A DNA stretch of 27,610 nucleotides. It comes from Chlamydiota bacterium. GTDB taxonomy: Bacteria > Auribacterota > Tritonobacteria > UBA1439. This document shows positions 9,077-16,230 of the stretch, one piece after another; the first letter of the stretch is position 1; every line of letters begins with the position of its first letter. The DNA lies in assembly GCA_037133055.1 (NCBI GenBank), contig JBAXOY010000032.1:1-27610 (forward strand), given 5' to 3'. Both the position numbers and the translations under genes were made by a program. The notes under the pieces were generated by a model. It was not told the origin of the DNA. It searched no databases and saw only the letters and a program-made list of their open reading frames with translations.

Positions 9077-9964
9077 ATGACCGAGCCGAAGTCGGACCGC
9101 ATCATCGACGTGATCAACTGGGGCAGGGCCCTTTTTATCGAGCGGAACGTCCCGCACGCCCGCTATACGATCGAGGTGCTCCTCGAGCACGTTTTGGGCA
9201 AGAAGCGCGCGGACCTCTACTGCGACTATGACAGCCGCCTCTCCGCGGCGGAGATGGCGCGCCTGAGGAAGTATGTCGGGGAGCGTCTCGCGCGGAAGCC
9301 GCTCTGGCACCTGGTGGGGGCCGTCGAGTTTTACGGCCTGACGATGCGCGTGAACGACCGGGTCCTCATCCCGCGCCCGGAGACCGAGCTGCTCGTGGAG
9401 CGCGCCGTGAAAGAGCTCGAGGGGCTGCCTCGGGCGGGGGTCCGCTACGTCGCCGACATCGGCACGGGCAGCGGGAATATCGCGATCGCGATCGCCCGAT
9501 CGACGCGCGGCGTGTTCGTGTACGCGACGGACCTGTCCCCGGAAGCCCTTGCCGTGGCCGAGGCGAACGCGCGCAGCAACGGCGTCGAGGGGGAGATAAG
9601 CCTGCTGCCGGGCGACCTTCTCGACCCCTTCAGGGCGGGGGGGCGCGGGGCGATCGACATGATCGTGTCGAACCCCCCGTATGTGTCGGATGCCGACTGG
9701 GCGGATCTGCCCCCCGAGGTGCGGGAGCGCGAGCCCCGGCTCGCGCTCCACGGCGGAAGGGATGGCCTCGAGTGTATCGCGCGACTCGTGGACGGGGCGC
9801 CCTCCGTCCTCGTCCCCGGGGGGACGCTGCTCCTTGAGGTCGGGAGCGGGCAGGCGCCGCGCGTGGGGGAGATGATGACGCGCGCGGGGGCGTACGGGCG
9901 GATCGAGGTCCACAGGGATTACGCGGGGATCGAACGGGTCGTGGTGGGGGCGATGAAGAATTAA
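9077..9964 (+). CDS. prmC: Release factor glutamine methyltransferase PrmC/HemK
   Basis: VLIPRPETELLVE, DIGTGSGNIAI, VSNPPYV, EPRLALHGGRDGL, RDYAGIERVV. Directly downstream of prfA. Confidence 0.95.
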   Translation: MTEPKSDRIIDVINWGRALFIERNVPHARYTIEVLLEHVLGKKRADLYCDYDSRLSAAEMARLRKYVGERLARKPLWHLVGAVEFYGLTMRVNDRVLIPRPETELLVERAVKELEGLPRAGVRYVADIGTGSGNIAIAIARSTRGVFVYATDLSPEALAVAEANARSNGVEGEISLLPGDLLDPFRAGGRGAIDMIVSNPPYVSDADWADLPPEVREREPRLALHGGRDGLECIARLVDGAPSVLVPGGTLLLEVGSGQAPRVGEMMTRAGAYGRIEVHRDYAGIERVVVGAMKN

Positions 9965-10210
9965 CGCCGGGACGCAGATGAGCGCAGATTACGGCTTGAA
10001 CCGCTTGAACTGTTTGAACCGCTTGAACAACTTTTTTCCACCACGAAAGACATAACGGAAACGGCAAAGAGACTTCGGGACGCGGATCGGCGCGGATGCA
10101 CGCGGATACAACAATGGTTGAAAGTTGATAGTTGAAAAAACAACGTCAAGAAGTTTCTTTATCCTGACTATCCTCACGATCTGCGTTCATCTGCGTGCCA
10201 CATTGAAGTG
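9955..10210. repeat. Composite micro-repeat element (family B, copy 1)
   Basis: Lower-GC patchwork: ACGCAGAT (10-bp period), TTGAACCGC x4 (9-bp), CGCGGATNNN x3 (10-bp), RGTTGAW x3 (7-bp), ATCCTGACT (9-bp), ending in ATCTGCGTTCATCTGCGT. About 200 bp is closely similar to 13079-13275. Confidence 0.9.
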
Positions 10211-10221
10211 AGGAGATGTGT

Positions 10222-11484
10222 ATGGACAAGATCATCATCCGCGGCGGAGAGCGGTTGAGGGGGACCGTCAGGATCGGCGGCGCCAAGAACGCCGCGCTCC
10301 CGATCATGGCCGCCGCGCTCCTCGGCGACGGCCCCTCCCGCATCCGCAACATCCCGCGCGTCGCGGACATCCGCACGATGGCCGACATCCTCTCCGCGCT
10401 GGGGGCGCGGGTGGAGTTCCCGTCGCCCCACGAGGCGGTCATAGACCCGCGCGGCCTCAGCAACCCCACCGCGCCCTACGAGCTCGTGCGCAAGATGCGC
10501 GCCTCGATCTGCGTCCTCGGGCCGCTGCTCGGTTCGATCGGGAGGGCGCGCATCTCCCTTCCGGGGGGGTGCGCCATCGGGGCGCGGCCGATCGACCTGC
10601 ACGTCAAGGGGATGGAGCGCCTGGGCGCGGTGCTGCGCATCTCCCACGGGTTCGTCGTCGCGCGCGGCGACCGGATGCGGGGGGGCGAGGTGTTCCTCGG
10701 GGGGCGGTTCGGGTCGAGCGTTCTCGCCACCGCGAACGTTCTCATGGCCGCGGTAAAGACCCCGGGGGTGACCCGGATCGAGGGCGCCGCCTCCGAGCCG
10801 GAGATGGTCGACCTTGCGATATTTCTAAAAAAGATGGGCGCCCGCATCAGGGGGATATGCACCCACTCCCTGGTCGTCGAGGGGGTGCGGCGACTCAGGG
10901 GCGTCACGCATACGCTTATCCCCGACCGCATCGAGGCGGGCACGTACATGATCGCCGCGGCGATCACGGGGGGCGAGCTCGAACTGAAGGGAGCGCGGGC
11001 CGACCACCTGCGCGCGGTGATCGATGCGCTCGAGGCGGCGGGGGTCGTCATCACCGCCCGGCGGGGATCGTTGCGCGTGAGCGGCGGGGGGAAACGGCGG
11101 GTCGTCGATGTCACCACGCACCCGTACCCCGGCTTCCCCACCGACCTGCAGGCGCAGATGATCGCGCTCATGACCCTGTCGCCGGGCATCAGCGTCGTCA
11201 CCGAGAAGGTCTTCCCCGAGCGCTTCATGCACGTTCCCGAGCTGAACCGGATGGCCGCCCGGATATCGCTCGAGGGGTCGAACGCCATCATCACCGGGGT
11301 CAGATCCCTGAGCGGGGCGCCTGTCATGGCCTCCGACCTCCGCGCCAGCGCCGCGCTTATCCTCGCCGGGCTCGTCGCGCGGGGGGAGACGGTCGTGGAC
11401 AGGGTCTACCATATCGACCGGGGTTACGAGGATATAGAAAAGAAGCTTCGGAAGGTCGGGGCCGTAATCGAGCGGGTCCGGTAG
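10222..11484 (+). CDS. murA: UDP-N-acetylglucosamine 1-carboxyvinyltransferase
   Basis: GAKNAALP, KMRASI, LPGGCAIGARPIDLH (catalytic Cys), PDRIEAGTY, YPGFPTDLQAQ, SDLRASA, HIDRGYE. GAGGAG spacing favours ATG 10222 over 10216. Confidence 0.97.
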   Translation: MDKIIIRGGERLRGTVRIGGAKNAALPIMAAALLGDGPSRIRNIPRVADIRTMADILSALGARVEFPSPHEAVIDPRGLSNPTAPYELVRKMRASICVLGPLLGSIGRARISLPGGCAIGARPIDLHVKGMERLGAVLRISHGFVVARGDRMRGGEVFLGGRFGSSVLATANVLMAAVKTPGVTRIEGAASEPEMVDLAIFLKKMGARIRGICTHSLVVEGVRRLRGVTHTLIPDRIEAGTYMIAAAITGGELELKGARADHLRAVIDALEAAGVVITARRGSLRVSGGGKRRVVDVTTHPYPGFPTDLQAQMIALMTLSPGISVVTEKVFPERFMHVPELNRMAARISLEGSNAIITGVRSLSGAPVMASDLRASAALILAGLVARGETVVDRVYHIDRGYEDIEKKLRKVGAVIERVR

Positions 11485-11491
11485 CACATTC

Positions 11492-11547
11492 TGGAGGGCG
11501 ACGGGCCTCCGTCGCCGTATCCCGGCGGTCGAGCCGACCGCCCTCCA
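11492..11547. repeat. Inverted pair of GGAG-type REP-like palindromes (REPIN-like)
   Basis: + strand TGGAG-GGCGACGG-GCCT-CCGTCGCC-G (11492-11517) and - strand TGGAG-GGCGGTCG-GCT-CGACCGCC-G (11547-11523), 5 bp apart. Confidence 0.7.
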
Positions 11548-11562
11548 TGAGCCGTGCCAACC

Positions 11563-12072
11563 ATGAGCCTGACCCGCCCCCCCGGGGAGGGACGCATCAA
11601 GGCAGGCAGTCATCTCGCGGTGTCGCTCGCGGTAAGCGGTGTCCTCTACGCCCTTTTCCGCTCACTCCCGGTCAGTCTCCTGAATTTCGTGGGGGGCACG
11701 CTCATCGATCTCGACCACCTCTACGACTACTTCCGCTACCCGCACCGCCCCGCGCACAGGGGCTTCGACCCGCGGCATTTCCTCAACGTCATCAACCAAA
11801 ACAGGCTCGAGCGCGTATTCATCCTGCTGCACGCATGGGAGCTCACGGCCGCCTTCCTCATCGCCGGATGGTGGATGCCGGCGGTCGGGGTCTGGATGAT
11901 ACCCCTCGGATTCGGGATGGGCGTCCACATCCTGCTGGACGCATTCTGCAACAATGCCTCGGTCGCGGGGTACAGCCTTGCCGCGCGTGCGGCGCACCGG
12001 TTCGACGGGAAGTTCTTCTACAGGAGGGGAAAGTCGCATAAAGGGCGGCAGGGGCCGGGTTCCCCGAAGTGA
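11563..12072 (+). CDS. Putative membrane-bound metal-dependent hydrolase (YdjM-like)
   Basis: Hydrophobic segments with an N-terminal His and motifs IDLDH, LHAWE and HILLD. Start uncertain. Confidence 0.6.
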   Translation: MSLTRPPGEGRIKAGSHLAVSLAVSGVLYALFRSLPVSLLNFVGGTLIDLDHLYDYFRYPHRPAHRGFDPRHFLNVINQNRLERVFILLHAWELTAAFLIAGWWMPAVGVWMIPLGFGMGVHILLDAFCNNASVAGYSLAARAAHRFDGKFFYRRGKSHKGRQGPGSPK

Positions 12073-12090
12073 CACGGCGGGGGGCGCGCT

Positions 12091-12273
12091 CTATTCGGGA
12101 AGCCTGCCCTTTTCGATCCTCGCCACGAGGCGGTTGAGGAGTGTGACCACCTGCTGCTGGTCTACCGCGTGGATCGAAACAGAGGTCTCGACGCCGTCAA
12201 ATTTCGCGATGAGAAAAGCCTCCTCACAGCGCGCGGCGAAGGTAAACGCCTTCAGATCTGCCGGAGCATACAT
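12091..12273 (-). CDS. Small hypothetical protein (60 aa)
   Basis: MYAPADLKAFTFAARCEEAFLIAKFDGVETSVSIHAVDQQQVVTLLNRLVARIEKGRLPE. GAGGAG RBS and a candidate promoter upstream; composition is protein-like rather than shadow-ORF-like. Confidence 0.65.
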   Translation of the reverse strand: MYAPADLKAFTFAARCEEAFLIAKFDGVETSVSIHAVDQQQVVTLLNRLVARIEKGRLPE

Positions 12274-12337
12274 CTCTCCTCGCCCCCCTTTCACGTGTCC
12301 CGATCTCCGCCAACCCCCCGGACGACATACTGGCATA

Positions 12338-12366
12338 AGTATTGCACGCGGCGCCGGCATGTGCAA
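12338..12366 (-). promoter_or_regulatory. Candidate sigma70 promoter for the 60-aa ORF, overlapping a TTGCAC-N13-GTGCAA inverted repeat
   Basis: Minus strand TTGCAC-17 bp-AATACT with TG extension. A-tract UP-like element at 12371-12384. Confidence 0.5.
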
Positions 12367-12456
12367 GGGGTATTTTTATTTTTTTGCGGTTTCCCGGGGG
12401 GAGCGCCCACGCGGAAAATGGGATATACTGGCGGAACACCCGGGGAGGGCATTCTT

Positions 12457-12951
12457 ATGGACGCGATGGAGGCGATCACGAGCAGACACAGCGTGCGTTC
12501 GTTCGCGGGGACAACGGTGCCCCGCCTGGTACTCGAGCGTATCGTGGACGCGGGGAGGCTCGCGCCGACCGCGCGGAACATTCAGCCCTGGCATTTCGTC
12601 GTGGTGACAAACGCGGACACCCGCCGCGCGCTGGCGGCGCTCGCGACCACGGGCCCGTTCATCGCGGAAGCGCCCGCCTGCGTCGCCGTGTTTTGCGACG
12701 ACACGAAGTACTGGCTCGAGGACGGCTGCGCCGCGACTGAGAACATCATCATCGCCGCCCGGGCGCACGGCCTCGGCCACTGTTGGGTGGCGGGCGAAAA
12801 GAAGCCGTACGCCGTGCCGGTCGCCGAGCTCCTTGGCGCTCCTCCGGGGCAGCGCCTGGTGTCGCTTATCGCGATCGGCCACGCGAAATCAGAACCCGCG
12901 CCCGCGCCCAAGAAGCCCCTCGCGGAGGTGCTGCACTGGGAAAAGTTCTGA
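12457..12951 (+). CDS. Nitroreductase family protein
   Basis: MDAMEAITSRHSVRSF, APTARNIQPWHFVVV, DGCAATENIIIAARAHGLGHCWV, LIAIGH. GGAGGG RBS and TATACT at 12424-12429. Confidence 0.92.
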   Translation: MDAMEAITSRHSVRSFAGTTVPRLVLERIVDAGRLAPTARNIQPWHFVVVTNADTRRALAALATTGPFIAEAPACVAVFCDDTKYWLEDGCAATENIIIAARAHGLGHCWVAGEKKPYAVPVAELLGAPPGQRLVSLIAIGHAKSEPAPAPKKPLAEVLHWEKF

Positions 12952-12961
12952 TGCGGCTATG

Positions 12962-13292
12962 AAACATTAATGTCTGGACGCAGATGAACGCGGATCGACG
13001 CGGATGCACGCAGATAAAAATGTGTTTCACCGCGAAGGACACGAAGAAAACGGCAAAAAGACTTTGGACGCGGATCAACGCGGATTACGGATTGAACCGC
13101 TTGAACAACTGTTTTTTCACCACGAAGGACACGAAGGAAACGGCAAAGAGACTTTGGACGCGGATCGACGCGGATGCACGCGGATACAACAATGGTTGAA
13201 AGTTGATAGTTCAAAAAAACAACGTCCGGAAGTTTCTTTATCCTGACTATCCTGACGATCTGCGTTCATCTGCGTCCCGGCGTTGATTCTTC
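12962..13292. repeat. Composite micro-repeat element (family B, copy 2) with internal duplication at 90-bp offset
   Basis: Same modules as 9955-10210. Segment TTCACCRCGAAGGACACGAAG...GACTTTGGACGCGGATC occurs at ~13026 and ~13116. Confidence 0.9.
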
Positions 13293-13363
13293 GCCACTGG
13301 TCGTTACTTTATGCTGGAATGCAGGCCCCCCCTGCCGTATACTGCTTCTAGACAAGAAATCAT

Positions 13364-13442
13364 GGTGGGTGTAGCTCAGTCCGGTTAGAGCACCTGGTTG
13401 TGGCCCAGGGGGCCGGGGGTTCAAATCCCCTCATCCACCCCA
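13364..13442 (+). tRNA. tRNA-His (GTG)
   Basis: G-1 plus acceptor stem GTGGGTG/CATCCAC, D arm GCTC/GAGC, anticodon arm CCTGG-TTGTGGC-CCAGG (GTG 13400-13402), T arm GGGGG-TTCAAAT-CCCCT, discriminator C and encoded CCA. TATACT -10 candidate at 13338-13343. Confidence 0.97.
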
Positions 13443-13468
13443 TACTACGGAGAGGGGCTGGCAGCGGG

Positions 13469-13855
13469 ATGGAATTCGACAGGGAGCGTTTCGAGGCCGG
13501 GTTCATGGCCGAGGCGGATGAGCTGCTCCTGATGCTGGCGCAGGGACTTGCCGCCCTCAGGAGCACCCAGGGCGGCGGCCCGCTCCTCGGGGACATGGCG
13601 CGGGCCGCGCACACCCTTCGCGGCTCTTCGACGATGATGGGGTACGCGGCGGCCGCCGGCATGGCCCGCCTGATGGAACTGTTTCTCGACCGGGCGTGGA
13701 CCGGCGGGATGGCGATGGGGGACGCGCAGCTCGACCTGCTGTCGGAATGCCTCCAGTCATTCCGCGCCTCGCTGGACAGGGGGGCGGGGGCGCCGGGCCG
13801 GGCCGACGAGCTTTCGGAAAGGGCGGAGAAGCTGTTTGCGGCCGGCGCGCCGTGA
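13469..13855 (+). CDS. Stand-alone Hpt (CheA P1-like) phosphotransfer protein
   Basis: FMAEADELL...MARAAHTLRGSSTMMG...MARLME matches the Hpt H-box pattern. 128 aa with no kinase domain. Confidence 0.82.
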   Translation: MEFDRERFEAGFMAEADELLLMLAQGLAALRSTQGGGPLLGDMARAAHTLRGSSTMMGYAAAAGMARLMELFLDRAWTGGMAMGDAQLDLLSECLQSFRASLDRGAGAPGRADELSERAEKLFAAGAP

Positions 13856-13881
13856 GAGGCGGCGGAGAAGGGGAGGGGACG

Positions 13882-14253
13882 ATGCCGAAGAAAGTGTTGA
13901 TCATCGAGGACAGCGCGACCGACGCGGCGATTGTGAAGGAACTGCTCGAGAAGGAGGGGATAAAGGTCGATGTCTCCGTCTCCGGCAAGGAGGGCGTGGA
14001 GAAGGCGGTGGCGTTGAAACCCGACCTGATCGTGCTGGATATCCTCCTCCCCGACATCAGCGGCTTCGATGTCTGCGCCCGTCTCAAGGAGAAGGCCGCG
14101 CTCACCGCCACGATCGTCGTCGTGCTGAGCGTCAAGGACAATATCGAGGACATCACCAGGGCGTTCCACGTGGGCGCGGACGACTATATCATCAAGCCGC
14201 CGCTCCCCGAACTGCTGATACGAAAGATCAAGCTGTACCTCGGCCTGCGGTGA
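13882..14253 (+). CDS. Single-domain response regulator (REC)
   Basis: [28 protein letters not shown] (phospho-Asp), [13 protein letters not shown]. 123 aa. GGGAGG RBS. Confidence 0.93.
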   Translation: MPKKVLIIEDSATDAAIVKELLEKEGIKVDVSVSGKEGVEKAVALKPDLIVLDILLPDISGFDVCARLKEKAALTATIVVVLSVKDNIEDITRAFHVGADDYIIKPPLPELLIRKIKLYLGLR

Positions 14254-14287
14254 CGCCGGGGCCGCGCCCGCAGGAAAAGGACTGAGC

Positions 14288-15673
14288 ATGAGCGCCATAT
14301 ATCTCAGCCGGGAAGAGATGCCCCGGCGCTGGTACAACCTCGCGGCGGATCTTCCGACCCCGGCGCACCCGCCGCGCACCCCCGACGGCACGCCCGTGAC
14401 TGCCGAGATGCTCGCCCCCGTCTTCCCGATGAACCTGATCGAGCAGGAGATGAGCGTCGAGCGGTGGATCGACATCCCCGAGGAGGTGCGGGAGATACTT
14501 TCCCGCTGGCGGCCGACGCCGCTCCGCAGGGCGCGCCACCTGGAGAAGCGCCTGAAGACGCCGGCGCGCATCTACTACAAGGACGAGAGCGTGAGCCCTC
14601 CGGGAAGCCACAAGCCGAACACCGCCGTGGCCCAGGCCTGGTACAACAAGCAGTTCGGCGTGAAGAGGCTTGTCACGGAGACCGGGGCGGGGCAGTGGGG
14701 CTGCGCCCTCGCCTTCGCCTGCACGCTGCTGGGGCTCGAGTGCAAGGTCTTCATGGTGCGCATCAGCTTCGACCAGAAACCGCTCCGGAAGATCATGATG
14801 AAAATATGGGGCGCCGAGTGCGTGGCGAGCCCGAGCGAACAGACGAACTCCGGGCGGAAGATCCTGGCGGAGATGCCCGACACGCCGGGGAGCCTCGGGA
14901 TCGCCATCAGCGAGGCGGTCGAGGAGGCGGTGAGCGACCGCTCGGGGAAAACGCGCTACGCGCTCGGGAGCGTGCTGAACCACGTGATGCTGCATCAGAC
15001 GATCATCGGGCTCGAGGCGCGGGAGCAGCTCAAGCGCGCCGGGGAGAAGAAGCCCGACATCGTCATCGGGTGCGCCGGGGGAGGGAGCAACTTCGCGGGG
15101 ATCTCGTTCCCCTTCGCCTGCGACAAGATCCACGGCGACGACATCGCCATCATCCCCGTCGAGCCCGCGGCCTGCCCGACGATGACCCGCGGGCCGTTCA
15201 CCTACGACTTCGGGGACACCGCCCAGCTTACGCCCCTCATCGCCATGTACACGCTCGGCCACGCATTCGTCCCGCCGCCGATCCACGCGGGCGGGCTCCG
15301 CTACCACGGCATGGCGCCGCTCGTGAGCCAGGCGATCGTGGAGGGGCTCATGGCGCCGCGGGCGTACAACCAGATGGACTGCTACAAGGCCGCGATGCTC
15401 TGGGCCGTGACGGAGGGCACGATATGCGCCCCCGAGACGAGCCACGCGATCGCCTGCGTGGTCGAGGAGGCGGAGAAGGCCCGCGAGGAGGGGAAGGAGA
15501 AGGTGATCCTCTTCAACTTCAGCGGCCACGGGCTCATGGACCTCGCCGGGTACGACCGGTACCTCTCGGGCAAGCTCACCGACTACGTGCTCCCCGAGGA
15601 GGCGCTCCAGGAATCTATCGATACGCTGAAGGACCTCCCCAAGGCGGAAAAGCGGCGGTCGGGGAAATGGTGA
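14288..15673 (+). CDS. trpB2: TrpB-like PLP-dependent enzyme (tryptophan synthase beta, type 2)
   Basis: [27 protein letters not shown] (PLP Lys), [49 protein letters not shown]. Confidence 0.95.
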   Translation: MSAIYLSREEMPRRWYNLAADLPTPAHPPRTPDGTPVTAEMLAPVFPMNLIEQEMSVERWIDIPEEVREILSRWRPTPLRRARHLEKRLKTPARIYYKDESVSPPGSHKPNTAVAQAWYNKQFGVKRLVTETGAGQWGCALAFACTLLGLECKVFMVRISFDQKPLRKIMMKIWGAECVASPSEQTNSGRKILAEMPDTPGSLGIAISEAVEEAVSDRSGKTRYALGSVLNHVMLHQTIIGLEAREQLKRAGEKKPDIVIGCAGGGSNFAGISFPFACDKIHGDDIAIIPVEPAACPTMTRGPFTYDFGDTAQLTPLIAMYTLGHAFVPPPIHAGGLRYHGMAPLVSQAIVEGLMAPRAYNQMDCYKAAMLWAVTEGTICAPETSHAIACVVEEAEKAREEGKEKVILFNFSGHGLMDLAGYDRYLSGKLTDYVLPEEALQESIDTLKDLPKAEKRRSGKW

Positions 15674-15761
15674 CTGTCTGACACGTCACTGTTTCACCAC
15701 GGAGGCCACGGAGAATACGTCTCGCGGTTTGAACCAATTGAACAAGTGTTAGATTTGTCAC
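15670..15761. repeat. Minimal micro-repeat element between convergent genes
   Basis: Imperfect terminal IR (GTGACTGTCTGACAC / GTGTTAGATTTGTCAC). It encloses TGTTTCACCACGGAGGCCACGGAGAA (cf. 13023-13048) and TTGAACCAATTGAACAA (cf. TTGAACCGCTTGAACAA). Confidence 0.6.
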
Positions 15762-15762
15762 A

Positions 15763-16230
15763 CTACATAGGGATGCGGTCCTTCGCGTCCCCGGCGCCCG
15801 CAGCGGCGCCGGACGGTTCCTCGATCGGGGCGTCCACGGCGCTTTCCCGCATCATCTCCCTCGCGGGCTCGATCTTCACGGTGGCGGGGGCGGAAGAGAC
15901 GAACCCGTCCCCGGAAACGGGAACCGCTTTCAGCCCCTTCATGAGCCGGCTGGAGCGGAGATTGGCGACGGGGAGATCGGACGACGGCGGCGGATGGCTC
16001 AGGCCGTGGGGTTCAAGCGTCTGCGCCTCATGGGGGAGGGCCGCCTCGACGGCGGGTTCCGCGGGGGCGGACGCGCTCAGCGCCGGTCCCGCGGGGACGG
16101 GCGTCGCGGCGCCGGATCGGGTCTCCTCCCGCAGCGAGGGGAGAAACGCCAGGAGAAGTCCCATGAGCAGCAGAAGCACGGAGGCCTCGACGGCGATCAG
16201 AACATTGAGCGACACCCTCCCATGCGTCAC
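15763..16230 (-). CDS. Hypothetical membrane-anchored protein, last gene of the minor-pilin operon
   Basis: N-terminal hydrophobic helix followed by an A/P/S-rich region. GTGA overlap with the pilX-like stop. Confidence 0.55.
   Translation of the reverse strand: MTHGRVSLNVLIAVEASVLLLLMGLLLAFLPSLREETRSGAATPVPAGPALSASAPAEPAVEAALPHEAQTLEPHGLSHPPPSSDLPVANLRSSRLMKGLKAVPVSGDGFVSSAPATVKIEPAREMMRESAVDAPIEEPSGAAAGAGDAKDRIPM

Noticed and set aside
9961..10177. Short ORFs in the composite repeats (also 12866-13246)
   Set aside because: They are translations of micro-repeat DNA (e.g. FKRFKQFKRF, ICVHPRRSAFICV) with no RBS or domain support.
9955..13292. CRISPR array or autonomous IS/composite transposon
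   Set aside because: There is no repeat-spacer periodicity, no transposase ORF, and no target duplication outside the 35-bp IR.
13364..13442. tRNA-His as integration site of a genomic island
   Set aside because: No integrase and no duplicated tRNA 3' end were seen in the window.
13400..13468. Extended N-terminus of the Hpt ORF
   Set aside because: It overlaps tRNA-His; ATG 13469 is the plausible start.
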